DNA of 64,000 nucleotides from Longimicrobiales bacterium. GTDB taxonomy: Bacteria > Gemmatimonadota > Gemmatimonadetes > Longimicrobiales > Gaopeijiaceae. The first letter of the stretch is position 1; each line of letters begins with the position of its first letter. The DNA lies in NCBI GenBank assembly GCA_965238005.1, contig OZ250165.1, positions 2,784,001 to 2,848,000 of the forward strand. Direction: 5' to 3'. Below, one piece after another: positions 10,730 through 20,968 of the stretch. A program made the translations under genes and the position numbers. The notes below the pieces were generated by a model. That model was not told where the DNA came from. It searched no databases and saw only the letters and a program-made list of their open reading frames with translations.

Positions 10730-12682
10730 ATGAGTATGAAGAAGATCATTCTCAACGACCCAGAAACCCGCTCGGCCGATGTTGTAGCCGAGAATCTTGA
10801 ACATCTGAAAGTGCTGTTTCCCGAAGCGTTCACCGAAGGGAAAGTCGACTTCGAAGTGCTCCGGCAACTTCTGGGCGACGTGGTCGAGAAGCGCGAGGAG
10901 AAGTACGGCCTCAACTGGCATGGCAAGCGGCAGGCCCGGCAGCTCGCGCTGACACCCAGTGCTGGAACACTGCGGCCATGCCCGGAAGACAGCGTGGATT
11001 GGGACACCACCCAGAACCTCATGATCGAGGGCGACAACCTCGAAGTCCTCAAGCTCCTCCAGAAGTCCTACGCTGGGAAGGTCAAGCTCATCTACATCGA
11101 CCCGCCCTACAACACCGGCAAGGACTTCGTCTATCCCGACAACTTCCAGGACAACATCAAAAACTACCTCGAACTCACCGGCCAGACCGGCGAGGGTGGC
11201 AAGAAACTCTCCTCCAACACCGAAGCCTCCGGCCGCTTCCATACCGACTGGCTGAACATGATGTATCCGCGTCTGAAGCTCGCGCGAAACATGCTAAGAG
11301 ACGATGGAGTCCTCTTCGTCAGCATTGACGAGCGAGAAGTCGCCAACCTGCGAGCGGTCCTCGACGAGCTCTTTGGGGCGGAAAACGGTGTGTGCGAATT
11401 CGTGTGGCAGGCCAAGAAGGGAGGGGGTAGTGACAACCGTGGCGTTGTGTCGGAGCACGAGTACGTACTTTGCTATTGCCGGAACATTGATGCGGAGCCT
11501 CTCGGGCAGCTCACAATCGATGCGGAGCCGCTGGATCAGACGGACGCCAATGGACCCTATCGCCGTGGCCGCGAATTGAACAAGTGGGGTGCGAATTCTC
11601 TACGCAAGGACCGCCCTACGATGTTTTTTCCGATTCCTGGATTGAACGGCGTCGATGTGTTCCCTATCAGGAATGACGGCAAGGAGGGATGCTGGCGCTG
11701 GGGCAAGAAGAAGATCCTCCAAGCTGTGGCGGATGGCAACGTGGAGTTTGTTGCCAGAGAGAATGAGACCTATATCGCGTATGAGAAAATTAGATCCTCG
11801 GATGCCCGCAGGAAGCCATTTCGAACGTTGCTCACTGATTCTGGGCAAACGGCCGATGGCACAAAGGTGATCAAAGATCTCTTCGATGGCGAACGGGTCT
11901 TCGACTTCTCGAAGCCACTAGACTTGGTATCGGCATTGTTGACTATTGGAATGCCGCTATCAGATGACGATGACATAGACGCTGCACCGCTTGTGATGGA
12001 CTTCTTCGCCGGGTCTGGGACCTCTGGTCACTCGGCGATGCTGCGTTCTGCCGCTGACGGTGACTCCTCCTGCCGATTCGTTCTTGTTCAGCTACCCGAG
12101 ACACTGGACACCGACGATAAGGACCAGAACGTTGCTGCAAAATACTGCGACACTATCGGCAGGCCCCGCACGATCGCCGAACTGACCAAAGAGCGCCTGC
12201 GCCTGGCCGGGAAGAAGATTCGGGAGGAAAACCCAATGTTCGCGGGTGACCTCGGCTTCCGCGTGTTCAAACTTGCCAGCAGCAACATCCGGGCGTGGGA
12301 GCCGGACGGCGAGAAGCTTGCCGAAACCCTCGAAGCCTCTATTGAGCACCTCAAGACCGACCGCACGGAGCAGGACATCCTCTTCGAGCTGCTCCTCAAG
12401 CTCGGCCTCGATCTCACCGTGCCCATCGTTCAGCGCACCATTGCCGGTAAGGCCATCCACAGCATCGGCGGCGGCGTTCTCCTCGTCTGCCTTGCCGACT
12501 CCATCACGCAGGTTGAGGCCGAGCCCCTGGCTCTTGGCGTAGTCGCGTGGCACAAAGAGCAAGCCCCAGCTGGCGAGAGCACCGTGGTCTTCCGCGACAG
12601 CGCGTTCGCCGATGACGTGGCCAAGACCAACCTAGCGGCCATTCTCTACCAACACGGCCTCGAAAAGGTCAGCAGCCTGTAA
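10730..12682 (+). CDS. mod: Type III R-M DNA methyltransferase Mod
   Basis: IEGDNLEVLK, IYIDPPYNTG, DFFAGSGT motifs; directly upstream of res. Confidence 0.93.
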   Translation: MSMKKIILNDPETRSADVVAENLEHLKVLFPEAFTEGKVDFEVLRQLLGDVVEKREEKYGLNWHGKRQARQLALTPSAGTLRPCPEDSVDWDTTQNLMIEGDNLEVLKLLQKSYAGKVKLIYIDPPYNTGKDFVYPDNFQDNIKNYLELTGQTGEGGKKLSSNTEASGRFHTDWLNMMYPRLKLARNMLRDDGVLFVSIDEREVANLRAVLDELFGAENGVCEFVWQAKKGGGSDNRGVVSEHEYVLCYCRNIDAEPLGQLTIDAEPLDQTDANGPYRRGRELNKWGANSLRKDRPTMFFPIPGLNGVDVFPIRNDGKEGCWRWGKKKILQAVADGNVEFVARENETYIAYEKIRSSDARRKPFRTLLTDSGQTADGTKVIKDLFDGERVFDFSKPLDLVSALLTIGMPLSDDDDIDAAPLVMDFFAGSGTSGHSAMLRSAADGDSSCRFVLVQLPETLDTDDKDQNVAAKYCDTIGRPRTIAELTKERLRLAGKKIREENPMFAGDLGFRVFKLASSNIRAWEPDGEKLAETLEASIEHLKTDRTEQDILFELLLKLGLDLTVPIVQRTIAGKAIHSIGGGVLLVCLADSITQVEAEPLALGVVAWHKEQAPAGESTVVFRDSAFADDVAKTNLAAILYQHGLEKVSSL

Positions 12683-12691
12683 GCGAAAGCC

Positions 12692-15600
12692 ATGAAACTT
12701 CACTTAGAGCCCAACCTCGATTACCAGCTTCAGGCCATCGAGGCCGTCTGTGGCCTTTTCCACGGACAGGAAACCTGCCGAACCGAATTCACCGTCACCC
12801 AAGACACTGCCACTGGGCAAATGTCGCTGCTCGAAAACGACCTTGGGATCGGCAATCGGCTGACTCTTCTCGACGAAGAACTCCTCGCTAATCTGCACGC
12901 CATCCAACTCCGCCACGGCCTTGCCCCATCAGTCTCGCTCGCGTCCGGGGATTTCACCGTCGAGATGGAGACCGGTACCGGCAAGACCTATGTATATCTG
13001 CGGACCGTCTTTGAGTTGAACAAGCGTTACGGCTTCACCAAGTTCGTCATCGTCGTGCCCTCGGTGGCGATCAAGGAAGGCGTCTATCACACCATCGATA
13101 CCGCGGCGGAGCACCTCAAGGGGCTCTACGCGGGCGCGCCCTTCGACTTCTTCATCTACGACTCGGCGAAGCTAGGCCAGGTGCGCAACTTTGCGACCAG
13201 CCCGCAGATTCAGATCATGGTGATGACGGTGGGCTCGATCAACAAGTTCGGCGACGAGCAGCAGGCGCAGACGGAGGAAGCGGACGAGGCCGCCCGACGT
13301 GAGAAATCGAAGAACGTGATGTATCGCCCCAGCGAAAAGACGGGCGGGGAGAAGCCTATCGATCTGATCCGGGCGACGCGCCCCCTCCTCATCGTGGACG
13401 AGCCGCAGAGCGTGGAAGGCGGGCTCAACGGCAAGGGCAAGAAGGCCATGGAGCGGATGAATCCGCTGTGCAACCTGCGCTATTCCGCGACGCCGAAAGG
13501 GGCGCACCACATGGTGTTCAAGCTCGATGCGGTGGATGCCTACGAGCGGAAACTGGTGAAGCAGATTGAGGTAGCGGCAGCATCCGTGGAGGGCGGGCAC
13601 AACAAGGCGTATGTGCGGTTCATCGCGCCGGTATCCCGTGGCAAGAGCGTCGTGGGCGCCAGGGTGGAGCTGGACATCGCCAAGGCACACGGCGTGGACC
13701 GACAGACGGTCACCGTGGCACCGCTCGACAAGCTCGAAGAAGTGACCAAGCGGGAGATTTACCGGGACCACATCATCGGGCAGGACATCCGGGATGCCAA
13801 GGACGACAAGTTCATGGAACTCCGCTATCCCGGCGGCGAGGAATACCTCCGTCCCGGCCAAGCCTACGGCGACGTGGACGCGCTGGCTGTGCAGCGCCAG
13901 ATGATCCACCGCACCATCAAGGAGCACCTGGACAAGGAGAAGCGTCTCCGCCCGCAGGGCATCAAGGTGCTCAGCCTGTTTTTTATCGATGCCGTCGGGA
14001 AATACCGGCAGTACGACGCCGACGGCAACTCGGTGAAGGGCGACTACGCCCGCATCTTCGAGGAGGAATACCGTCGGCTCGCCAAGCATCCCGACTACCA
14101 GACCCTCTTCAAGGAAGTGGACCTGACCACCGCCGCCGAGGACGTGCACAGCGGCTATTTCTCCATCGATAAGAAAAAGGTCGGCACCAAGACGGTGGAG
14201 GTGTTCAAGGACACCAAGGGGACCACCCAGGCCGACGATGACACCTATGGCCTTATCATGCGGGACAAGGAGAAGCTGCTGAGCTTCGAAACCCCGCTGA
14301 AGTTCATCTTTTCCCACTCCGCCCTACGCGAAGGCTGGGACAACCCGAATGTCTTTCAAATCTGCGCATTGCGCGAGATGAGTTCAGAGCAGCAGCGACG
14401 CCAGACCATCGGACGCGGCCTGCGTCTCTGCGTCAATCAGAACGGCGAACGCCTGCGCGGCTTCGAGATCAACACGCTGACTGTGATTGCGACCGAGAGC
14501 TACGAACAGTTCGCCGAGAAACTCCAGAAGGAGATCGAAGAAGAAACGGGTATTCGCTTCGGCATCGTGGAGGCGCACCAATTCGCCGGGGTCACCGCCT
14601 CTGGAGCCGATGGCCAGCCTGCGCCGCTGGGCTTCAAGCAGTCGAAGGTGCTGTGGGAGCATTTGAAAACTGCGGGTCTCGTGAACGCCCAAGGCAAGGT
14701 GCAGGACGCGCTGCGGCAACAACTGAAGGACGGCACGCTGACCCTGCCAGAGCCGTTCGTTGCCCAACTCCCGCAGGTGAAAGAGATCCTCCGCAAACTG
14801 GCAGGACGCTTGGAGATCAAGAACGCCGACGAGCGCAAGCAGGTGAAGACCCGTCAGGCCGTCTTGCAGGGCGAGGACTTCAAGGCGCTGTGGGAGCGCA
14901 TCAAGTACAAGACCACGTACCGCGTCCAGTTCGACAACGAGGCCTTGCTCGCGACCTGTATCCAGGCGATCAAAGTCCCGAACTTCGCTATCACCAAGAC
15001 GCGCCTGCAATGGCGCAAGGCCGATCTCGCCATCGGGCGCTCCGGGGTAGACGCGAAGGCGACTGTTACCTCTGCCCCAGTGACGCTCGATGAGGGCGAC
15101 ATCGAGTTGCCCGACATCCTGACAGATCTCCAGGACAAGACCCAGCTCACGCGGCGTAGCATTCACCGCATCCTCGTGGACAGCGGCCGGCTCGATGACT
15201 TCAAACGCAACCCGCAGCAGTTCATCGATCTCGCGGCAGAGGTCATCAACCGTTCGAAGCGTCTCGCGCTCGTGGACGGCATTAAGTACCAGCGCATCGG
15301 CGTCGAGGATTACTACGCCCAGCAACTGTTCGAGACTGAAGAGCTAGTCGGCTACCTCAAATCCATGATCGACGCCAATAAATCGGTTCACGAGCAGGTG
15401 ATCTACCAGTCCGGCACCGAACGCACCTTTGCCGAGCAGCTGGAGATGAACGAAGCCATCAAGGTGTATGCCAAGCTCCCCGGTTGGTTCCGGGTGCCCA
15501 CGCCCCTCGGCCCCTACAACCCCGACTGGGCCGTGCTGGTGGAAAAAGACGGAGCCGAGCGCCTTTACTTCGTGGTCGAAACGAAGAGCGGACTCTTCAC

Positions 15601-15733
15601 GGATGATCTGCGTGACAAAGAGGAAGCGAAAATCGAGTGCGGAAGAGCGCACTTCAAAGCTCTGGCGGTGCGCGAGAGGCCGGCGAGATACACCGTCGCG
15701 CGCACGGTGGATGACGTGTTGTCTTCGACGTGA
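12692..15733 (+). CDS. res: Type III restriction endonuclease Res
   Basis: EMETGTGKT, DEPQ, SALREGWDNPNVFQIC, QTIGRGLR; C-terminal YNPDWA..VVETK nuclease. Confidence 0.93.
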   Translation: MKLHLEPNLDYQLQAIEAVCGLFHGQETCRTEFTVTQDTATGQMSLLENDLGIGNRLTLLDEELLANLHAIQLRHGLAPSVSLASGDFTVEMETGTGKTYVYLRTVFELNKRYGFTKFVIVVPSVAIKEGVYHTIDTAAEHLKGLYAGAPFDFFIYDSAKLGQVRNFATSPQIQIMVMTVGSINKFGDEQQAQTEEADEAARREKSKNVMYRPSEKTGGEKPIDLIRATRPLLIVDEPQSVEGGLNGKGKKAMERMNPLCNLRYSATPKGAHHMVFKLDAVDAYERKLVKQIEVAAASVEGGHNKAYVRFIAPVSRGKSVVGARVELDIAKAHGVDRQTVTVAPLDKLEEVTKREIYRDHIIGQDIRDAKDDKFMELRYPGGEEYLRPGQAYGDVDALAVQRQMIHRTIKEHLDKEKRLRPQGIKVLSLFFIDAVGKYRQYDADGNSVKGDYARIFEEEYRRLAKHPDYQTLFKEVDLTTAAEDVHSGYFSIDKKKVGTKTVEVFKDTKGTTQADDDTYGLIMRDKEKLLSFETPLKFIFSHSALREGWDNPNVFQICALREMSSEQQRRQTIGRGLRLCVNQNGERLRGFEINTLTVIATESYEQFAEKLQKEIEEETGIRFGIVEAHQFAGVTASGADGQPAPLGFKQSKVLWEHLKTAGLVNAQGKVQDALRQQLKDGTLTLPEPFVAQLPQVKEILRKLAGRLEIKNADERKQVKTRQAVLQGEDFKALWERIKYKTTYRVQFDNEALLATCIQAIKVPNFAITKTRLQWRKADLAIGRSGVDAKATVTSAPVTLDEGDIELPDILTDLQDKTQLTRRSIHRILVDSGRLDDFKRNPQQFIDLAAEVINRSKRLALVDGIKYQRIGVEDYYAQQLFETEELVGYLKSMIDANKSVHEQVIYQSGTERTFAEQLEMNEAIKVYAKLPGWFRVPTPLGPYNPDWAVLVEKDGAERLYFVVETKSGLFTDDLRDKEEAKIECGRAHFKALAVRERPARYTVARTVDDVLSST

Positions 15734-15748
15734 GCGGGAACGGGGAAA

Positions 15749-15890
15749 ATGCGACCGAACGGCGAGTCACTCATCGGTTCTGCCACCGATCTCTCCAACT
15801 TCCTCAGTTGCCGCCACCTCACGGCGCTGGAGATGCCAGTGGCGCGCGGCAAGCGGCAGCGGCCGCACAGGCACGACCCGCTTCTTGACT
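15749..15890 (+). pseudogene. N-terminal remnant of a TM0106-like RecB-family nuclease
   Basis: SATDLSNFLSCRHLTAL. Confidence 0.5.
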
Positions 15891-15970
15891 CAGATTCGCC
15901 GATCATATGGCGACCCGGATCGCGGACCAGAGTGCCTGATGGTGAAGTGCGCGAACCGTAGGATATCGAC

Positions 15971-16417
15971 GTGCCAGACACTGGAAATGTCGTAGCCATC
16001 TACCTCGCGCCCACGGCGGGAGGCCGTATAGTCTCGGTGGACGCCGCTCGTGCGGTTTACGGCCAGGGCCTCAAGGGCGACCGCTACGCTACCGCCGAAG
16101 GTACGTTCTCGCGACCGGGAGCCGCGGGACGCGAGGTCACGCTCATCGAGACCGAGGCGCTTGAAGCGCTCGAGCGCGAGTACGACGTCGCTCTCGGTCA
16201 GGGAGACAGTCGCCGGAACGTCGTCACGCGAGAGATCGCGCTCAATCATCTCGTCGGGCGCGTGTTCATGATCGGCGAGGTGACGCTGCGCGGAGTGAGG
16301 CTCTGCGAGCCCTGCGGACATCTCGAGAAGCTGACGCGGAAGGGAACGCGAGGCGGCTGCTGGCGTCGTGGAGAGGAAGATGGACGAGCTCGACGCCGGC
16401 ACGCTCCTGTTTCTTGA
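15971..16417 (+). CDS. MOSC-domain protein (C-terminus probably truncated)
   Basis: GLKGDRY, REVTLIE, SRRNVVT, LCEPCGHL. Confidence 0.75.
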   Translation: MPDTGNVVAIYLAPTAGGRIVSVDAARAVYGQGLKGDRYATAEGTFSRPGAAGREVTLIETEALEALEREYDVALGQGDSRRNVVTREIALNHLVGRVFMIGEVTLRGVRLCEPCGHLEKLTRKGTRGGCWRRGEEDGRARRRHAPVS

Positions 16418-16770
16418 GGGAGCGACATCGGTCGTGTTCGACAACGGAACGACAAGGCGGGAATTATTTCGGGAGTCCTCTGCCCTTGCGAGGATCGTCG
16501 AGCTGAAGGACCTGCTCCGGTCCGCGCGGCCCGGAACGGCGATCGACGGGTTCACGACATGGCGTTCGAGCCGGCTTCCAGTGGGCGGATCTTGACCCCC
16601 GGACGGCGGGCGTCGGTGGCGTGCCGCGCGTGCACATCGACATCGGGGTGCTTGTGCACGGCATCGCCATTCCGATGTGCGCGCCGCCGATTCCGCATGT
16701 CGCTGGCGGCGTTGCGGTTGCACCACGGCCGCCGGACCGGCGATGCCGTTCCGGAGGGTGCGGCCGTGGC

Positions 16771-17329
16771 GGGAGCGACCCCCCTCTTTCGATGCCTGGT
16801 ACGGCATCGGGGAGGGTTGGATGTGCACGCCCATCCACCCTCCGTCGGGAGGTCGCTCCCATCCAGCAATCCCGTGCGGGAAGGCCATCGGTCACTTGGG
16901 ACGGGCGCGTCCCGGACTTGGCGGCTTGGGCTGTGGCCCGAGCCATCGGGGGTACCCCGGCTTTGCTCGGTGATGCCCGGTTGCCAGACGGCCGGCCGGT
17001 CGGCGAACGGGTGACCCGCCGCCTCGAAGCGGCGCTCAAACCGCCTTCCCGCGTAGGGATTGCTGGATCGGGAGCGACCCCAAGGGACGGGGGCAGGTGC
17101 GCAAACACACCTGCGTCCGAGCCCGCACCAGGCCCTTGGACTGGGGGGTCGCTCCCCTCCACGTCGGTGCTGCCCAGTGCGGCACAGGCGGCCGGGTGGC
17201 AGCGACCGCAACTCCAAGCGCCCGCACGGGATAGGTGAATCCGGCGTCTGCGCATCTTCACGGGTGCATTGTGTGCATCGACCCCCAACGTCTCATGCAC
17301 GCTCCAGTACGGCACAAGGCGTGGGCTTC
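16771..17329. repeat. Repeat family B: GGGAGCGACC(CC) hairpin modules and conserved non-coding segment
   Basis: IR pairs 16771-16860 and 17070-17156; homologous segments at 21905-22012, 23030-23140, 36340-37995 (IS-split) and 47590-47900. Confidence 0.75.
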
Positions 17330-18304
17330 TCATCGGAAGCGTGCCCCCGCGAGCCGAACCGTCCGCCAGGTGTCGGTGCGTTGCATCAGCCCCCGCCCTG
17401 CCTGCCTGCGCGCCCGCTTCGTCAGCGCGACGCTGCGCTTCATCGCGGCCTGCAAGCCTCCGTACTCCATCAGGACCGGGACATCCCCCTTGATGATGGC
17501 CTGGTCGATAAGGTCGATCTCGCGGCCGATCCCGTGGTCGAATTCGGAGGGGCGGGGATCCCGCGCCCAGTTGGCGAGCACGGTCTCCGCCCGGCTGTCC
17601 TCCTCCGGTGTCCGGACGACGACCACGACCTCGATCCCGCAGCCGCGATCCCAGAGCGCCTTCCAGAGTTCGCGGTGCGCCGCGCCCCAGGAGCGGAGTG
17701 CCGTCGCTGTCTCGTGGCCCGGATCGAGGTAGACGAAAACGGCGCGCCGGGCGTCCAGCGCGACCGGCAGCCGGAGCGGGAAGTAGCGCCGGAGGTTCCC
17801 GGCCGCTCCCCGGTAGACCCGTTGGGGCAGGAGCGGGCGCTCGATGCCGAGCGCCTCGAAGGCGGCCACCTTCTCCGGCTCGGTCGCGAGCCAAGGCAGG
17901 CGGGAATGATCAAGCACATAGTCGAGCGAGAGCAGGCGCCGCATCAGCACTTCCGTGGAGGTGATCCGGCGGCGGCGGCGGTTCCCGACGCCGAGCGCCC
18001 GGTAGATCCGGCGCGCGTGGATTCGGCACACTCGACCGATGCCGTCGATGCCGGGCGGATCCTCTTCGACGGCCACGCCCTGCGCGACGAGGGCGCGGAC
18101 GGCGCGGCGCACCTTTTCGTGGTGGCAACCCAGAAAGCTCGTCCACTGAGCCCGAGTGAACACGCCGCCATGGAGACGGGCGAAGGCGATCCACTCGGCC
18201 TGACGGCCCGCCCAGCCAAATCCCTCGAGTGCCCGTTCGCGTCCCCGCAGGTGGACGATGGCTCCGCTCGCCGCCGAGTTGAACTGCTGCTTCAGCGTCT
18301 CCAT
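17330..18304 (-). CDS. Hypothetical element protein (possible wHTH + replication-relaxation-like domain)
   Basis: 324-aa ORF divergent from the mob module; family assignment tentative. Confidence 0.55.
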   Translation of the reverse strand: METLKQQFNSAASGAIVHLRGRERALEGFGWAGRQAEWIAFARLHGGVFTRAQWTSFLGCHHEKVRRAVRALVAQGVAVEEDPPGIDGIGRVCRIHARRIYRALGVGNRRRRRITSTEVLMRRLLSLDYVLDHSRLPWLATEPEKVAAFEALGIERPLLPQRVYRGAAGNLRRYFPLRLPVALDARRAVFVYLDPGHETATALRSWGAAHRELWKALWDRGCGIEVVVVVRTPEEDSRAETVLANWARDPRPSEFDHGIGREIDLIDQAIIKGDVPVLMEYGGLQAAMKRSVALTKRARRQAGRGLMQRTDTWRTVRLAGARFR

Positions 18305-18649
18305 GCCCCTAACGGTGAGGAGCCGTTTGCAAGGAAGTCAACCCGTAGGAAACCTCCTAAATGCCTGTGGCGTTCAGAGACGTTCAGTACGGTACAGGGG
18401 CTGTTGGACACCGCCGCCAGCGGCTTGCCAAACGCCCCGTCGGCCTTCGCCGAAGGCTCCGTCAATGGGTGCGGATCTCGACCGGACGTCGGCCTGCGCA
18501 CGAACGATGCTGGGAATCTTCGAACCGGAGTGCCGTGTTCCGGGTCTGCGGCAGTCCGCAGCCGCGTTACTGCGGCAGATAGCTTGGGCGGGCCTATCTG
18601 GACGGGTCACAGCCGAAGCCCTCCCCCGCTGCTTCGGCGGCGTCCGCCG

Positions 18650-18770
18650 GGCTGGCTCGGAGCACCTTACGGTGCAAGAGCCAGCCTACCCTTTGGGGCC
18701 ACGCTTCGCGGGTCCCCGGCAGGGGCTGGCAAGGGACTCCGCCCCTTCGATCCCCCCTTGAGGCCCGCAC
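18650..18770. promoter_or_regulatory. Probable oriT upstream of mobC/relaxase
   Basis: GGCTGGCTC..GCACC-TTAC-GGTGC..GAGCCAGCC palindrome plus CCCCTTCGATCCCCCC block; classic position. Confidence 0.6.
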
Positions 18771-18817
18771 TCGGGCGGAGGTCACGGGCGGCTGGCTCGC
18801 CCGTTCTTGTGTCCTAG

Positions 18818-19030
18818 CGGCGCGCCAAGGCCGCGGCAGCCGAGGTCGAGCACGAGCGCACCCGGCAGGTCGCGCGCATCGGCAACAACCTGAACCAGCT
18901 CGCGCGCTGGGCGAACACGCACGCCTCGGCGGTCGAGGCCGTCGCGGTGATCGCTAACCTCGTGTCGTTCGAGCGTTCGCTGCTCGCTGCCATGGCCCGC
19001 TTCGACGGAGATGGCGGCGATGCACATTAA
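18818..19030 (+). pseudogene. mobC: MobC/MbeC relaxosome protein, N-terminally truncated
   Basis: QVARIGNNLNQLARWAN motif; stop overlaps relaxase start; in-frame stop upstream. Confidence 0.75.
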
Positions 19031-20540
19031 GTGCCTCCGGCGCGGTAGGGGCTCGGCCCGGGCGGCGGTCGACTATCTCGTCGGCGAGCGGGACGCCGAG
19101 GGGCACAGGCGCGAGGGCGTCGAAGTCCTGCGCGGGAACCCGGACATGGTGGCCACCGTCGCCGACTCGCTGGAGTTCGAGCGCAAGTACACGTCGGTCG
19201 TGATCGCGTGGGCGCCGGACGACCAGCCAACCGACGCGCAGATCGGAGCCGTCCTCGACGAGTTCGAGCAGACGGCGTGGGCGGGATTGGAGCCGGACCG
19301 CTACGCGTGGACAGCCGTCCTGCACCGCGAGCGCGGGGGCGGCGTCCACGTGCACGTCCTCGCCGCGCAGTGCGACCTGGAGACGGGGCGCAGCCTGAAC
19401 ATCGCGCCGCCCGGCTGGCAGAGGACCTTCGACCCGCTACGCGACGCCTTCAACCACGAGCACGGCTGGAGCCGCCCGGACGACCCGGCGCGGGCCAGGG
19501 CGCAGCAGCCGGGCCACCTGGCCTACATCGAGGCGTCGAAGCTGCGGGCCGGGCTGGAACACGAAGCCGACCCGCGCGGATTGATCCGCGACTACCTGGT
19601 GCAGCGCGTCGAGCACGGCGCGGTCCGAAGCCGCGCCGACGTCGTCTCCGCCCTGGAGGCAGTCGGCCTTGAAGTGCCGCGCCAGGGCAAGAACTACGTC
19701 ACCGCCCGCGATCCGGACAGCGGAAAGCGGTGGCGGCTGAAGGGAGCGCTGTATGAGCATGACTTCCAACCCGAACGACTTGACTTCCCGGCTGGGCCGC
19801 CAGCTGGAGGCCGACCGCCGGCAGATCGAGGAGACGGCCACGCGCGAGCTCGAGCGGCTCGGCGAGAGCTTGAGCGCCGCCGCAAGCGGCGCGCTGCGTT
19901 CCATCGAGGCCGATACGGCGGCGGCGACCTCACGGGTGAGCGTCCTGCTGAGGCGCGCGTGGCTCCGGTCCCTGGTGATCGGCCTGAGCCTTTTTCTCGG
20001 TATCAGCGGCGGCAGCTGGGCGACGATGCACTGGTTGTCGACGAGCATCGAACGCCGGATCGAGACCTTGGCGACGGTGAACGTGCAAATAGAGCAGGCG
20101 CGGGAGACCCTGGCCGAGATCGAGGAGACGACCTGGGGCGTGACGCTGCGGGAGATCGGCGGGGAGCAGTTCGTGGTGCTGCCGACTGGCACGCTGGACT
20201 ACCCGCCTTGGACCGTGGGCGGGCGGCCTGCGGTGAAGCTGTCGAGAGAGTGAAGGAGCTATATGACCGAGCTAGAACGGCAGTTGACGAAGGCCTTGGA
20301 GAGGTTGTCCGCGCAGTACGAGATGGAACAGCAGCGGCACTCAGAGCAGGTCGAAGCCTTGGAGCAGCGGGTCGAGCAGCAAGCCGCGCAGAGCGAAACC
20401 TTGCGGCAGCAGGTCGCACAGCTGACCGGGCAAGTGACGCACTTGGCCCGGGACTACAGGACGCTCGCCGCGACGTTGCGCGGGCGCTGGAGCTGATGCG
20501 CCAGCGGAGCCGAGAGCGCGATCATGGTCCGAGCCGCTAG
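19020..20540 (+). CDS. MOBP (MbeA-like) relaxase
   Basis: AAVDYLV (catalytic Tyr), EVLRGNPD, KYTSVVI, VLH...HVHVL. Confidence 0.88.
   Translation: MHIKCLRRGRGSARAAVDYLVGERDAEGHRREGVEVLRGNPDMVATVADSLEFERKYTSVVIAWAPDDQPTDAQIGAVLDEFEQTAWAGLEPDRYAWTAVLHRERGGGVHVHVLAAQCDLETGRSLNIAPPGWQRTFDPLRDAFNHEHGWSRPDDPARARAQQPGHLAYIEASKLRAGLEHEADPRGLIRDYLVQRVEHGAVRSRADVVSALEAVGLEVPRQGKNYVTARDPDSGKRWRLKGALYEHDFQPERLDFPAGPPAGGRPPADRGDGHARARAARRELERRRKRRAAFHRGRYGGGDLTGERPAEARVAPVPGDRPEPFSRYQRRQLGDDALVVDEHRTPDRDLGDGERANRAGAGDPGRDRGDDLGRDAAGDRRGAVRGAADWHAGLPALDRGRAACGEAVERVKELYDRARTAVDEGLGEVVRAVRDGTAAALRAGRSLGAAGRAASRAERNLAAAGRTADRASDALGPGLQDARRDVARALELMRQRSRERDHGPSR
19753..20253 (+). CDS. MbeB-like mobilisation protein nested in the relaxase (alternate frame)
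   Basis: Coiled coil + TM + TWGVTL; same layout as ColE1 mbeB. Confidence 0.65.
   Translation: MSMTSNPNDLTSRLGRQLEADRRQIEETATRELERLGESLSAAASGALRSIEADTAAATSRVSVLLRRAWLRSLVIGLSLFLGISGGSWATMHWLSTSIERRIETLATVNVQIEQARETLAEIEETTWGVTLREIGGEQFVVLPTGTLDYPPWTVGGRPAVKLSRE
20263..20496 (+). CDS. MbeD/MobD-like protein nested in the relaxase
   Basis: MTELERQL..AL..L...Y start typical of MbeD; AAGGAG RBS. Confidence 0.7.
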   Translation: MTELERQLTKALERLSAQYEMEQQRHSEQVEALEQRVEQQAAQSETLRQQVAQLTGQVTHLARDYRTLAATLRGRWS

Positions 20541-20968
20541 TGGTTCTCGGCAGCGAATCGGTTCCGCCATTGGCGTAGCGCTTGGCCGGGGTGGGCTACG
20601 GAAGCGATCCCCTCGACACGTCCGTCGCATCGACCTCCCGGGTCCCTTACAGACTCTCGTACGGGGGTTGTGGGTTGGCTTTTCATCGAACTCCGCCCGG
20701 ACAAGCCGCATAGTCTGCCAAGTGGCGCCGCAGCGGACCAGCCCCTTGCCTCTTCGTCATCAGCTTGTCCCTCCCCTCTCCTGGGAAAAAGTCCGATGAG
20801 CTGTCAGGCGCCGGATGAGTCCCGGCCGACCCGTTTGACGATGAGGTCGTCCTCGGTGCGGACCGCTTAGTGACAGCCAACGTGCCGACGGCGGCTGGCG
20901 CGGCTGACGAGATTCGAACAGCCATCGACGATGGCAGGCCCTATGGATTCGCCCAGGACCTGGCATTT

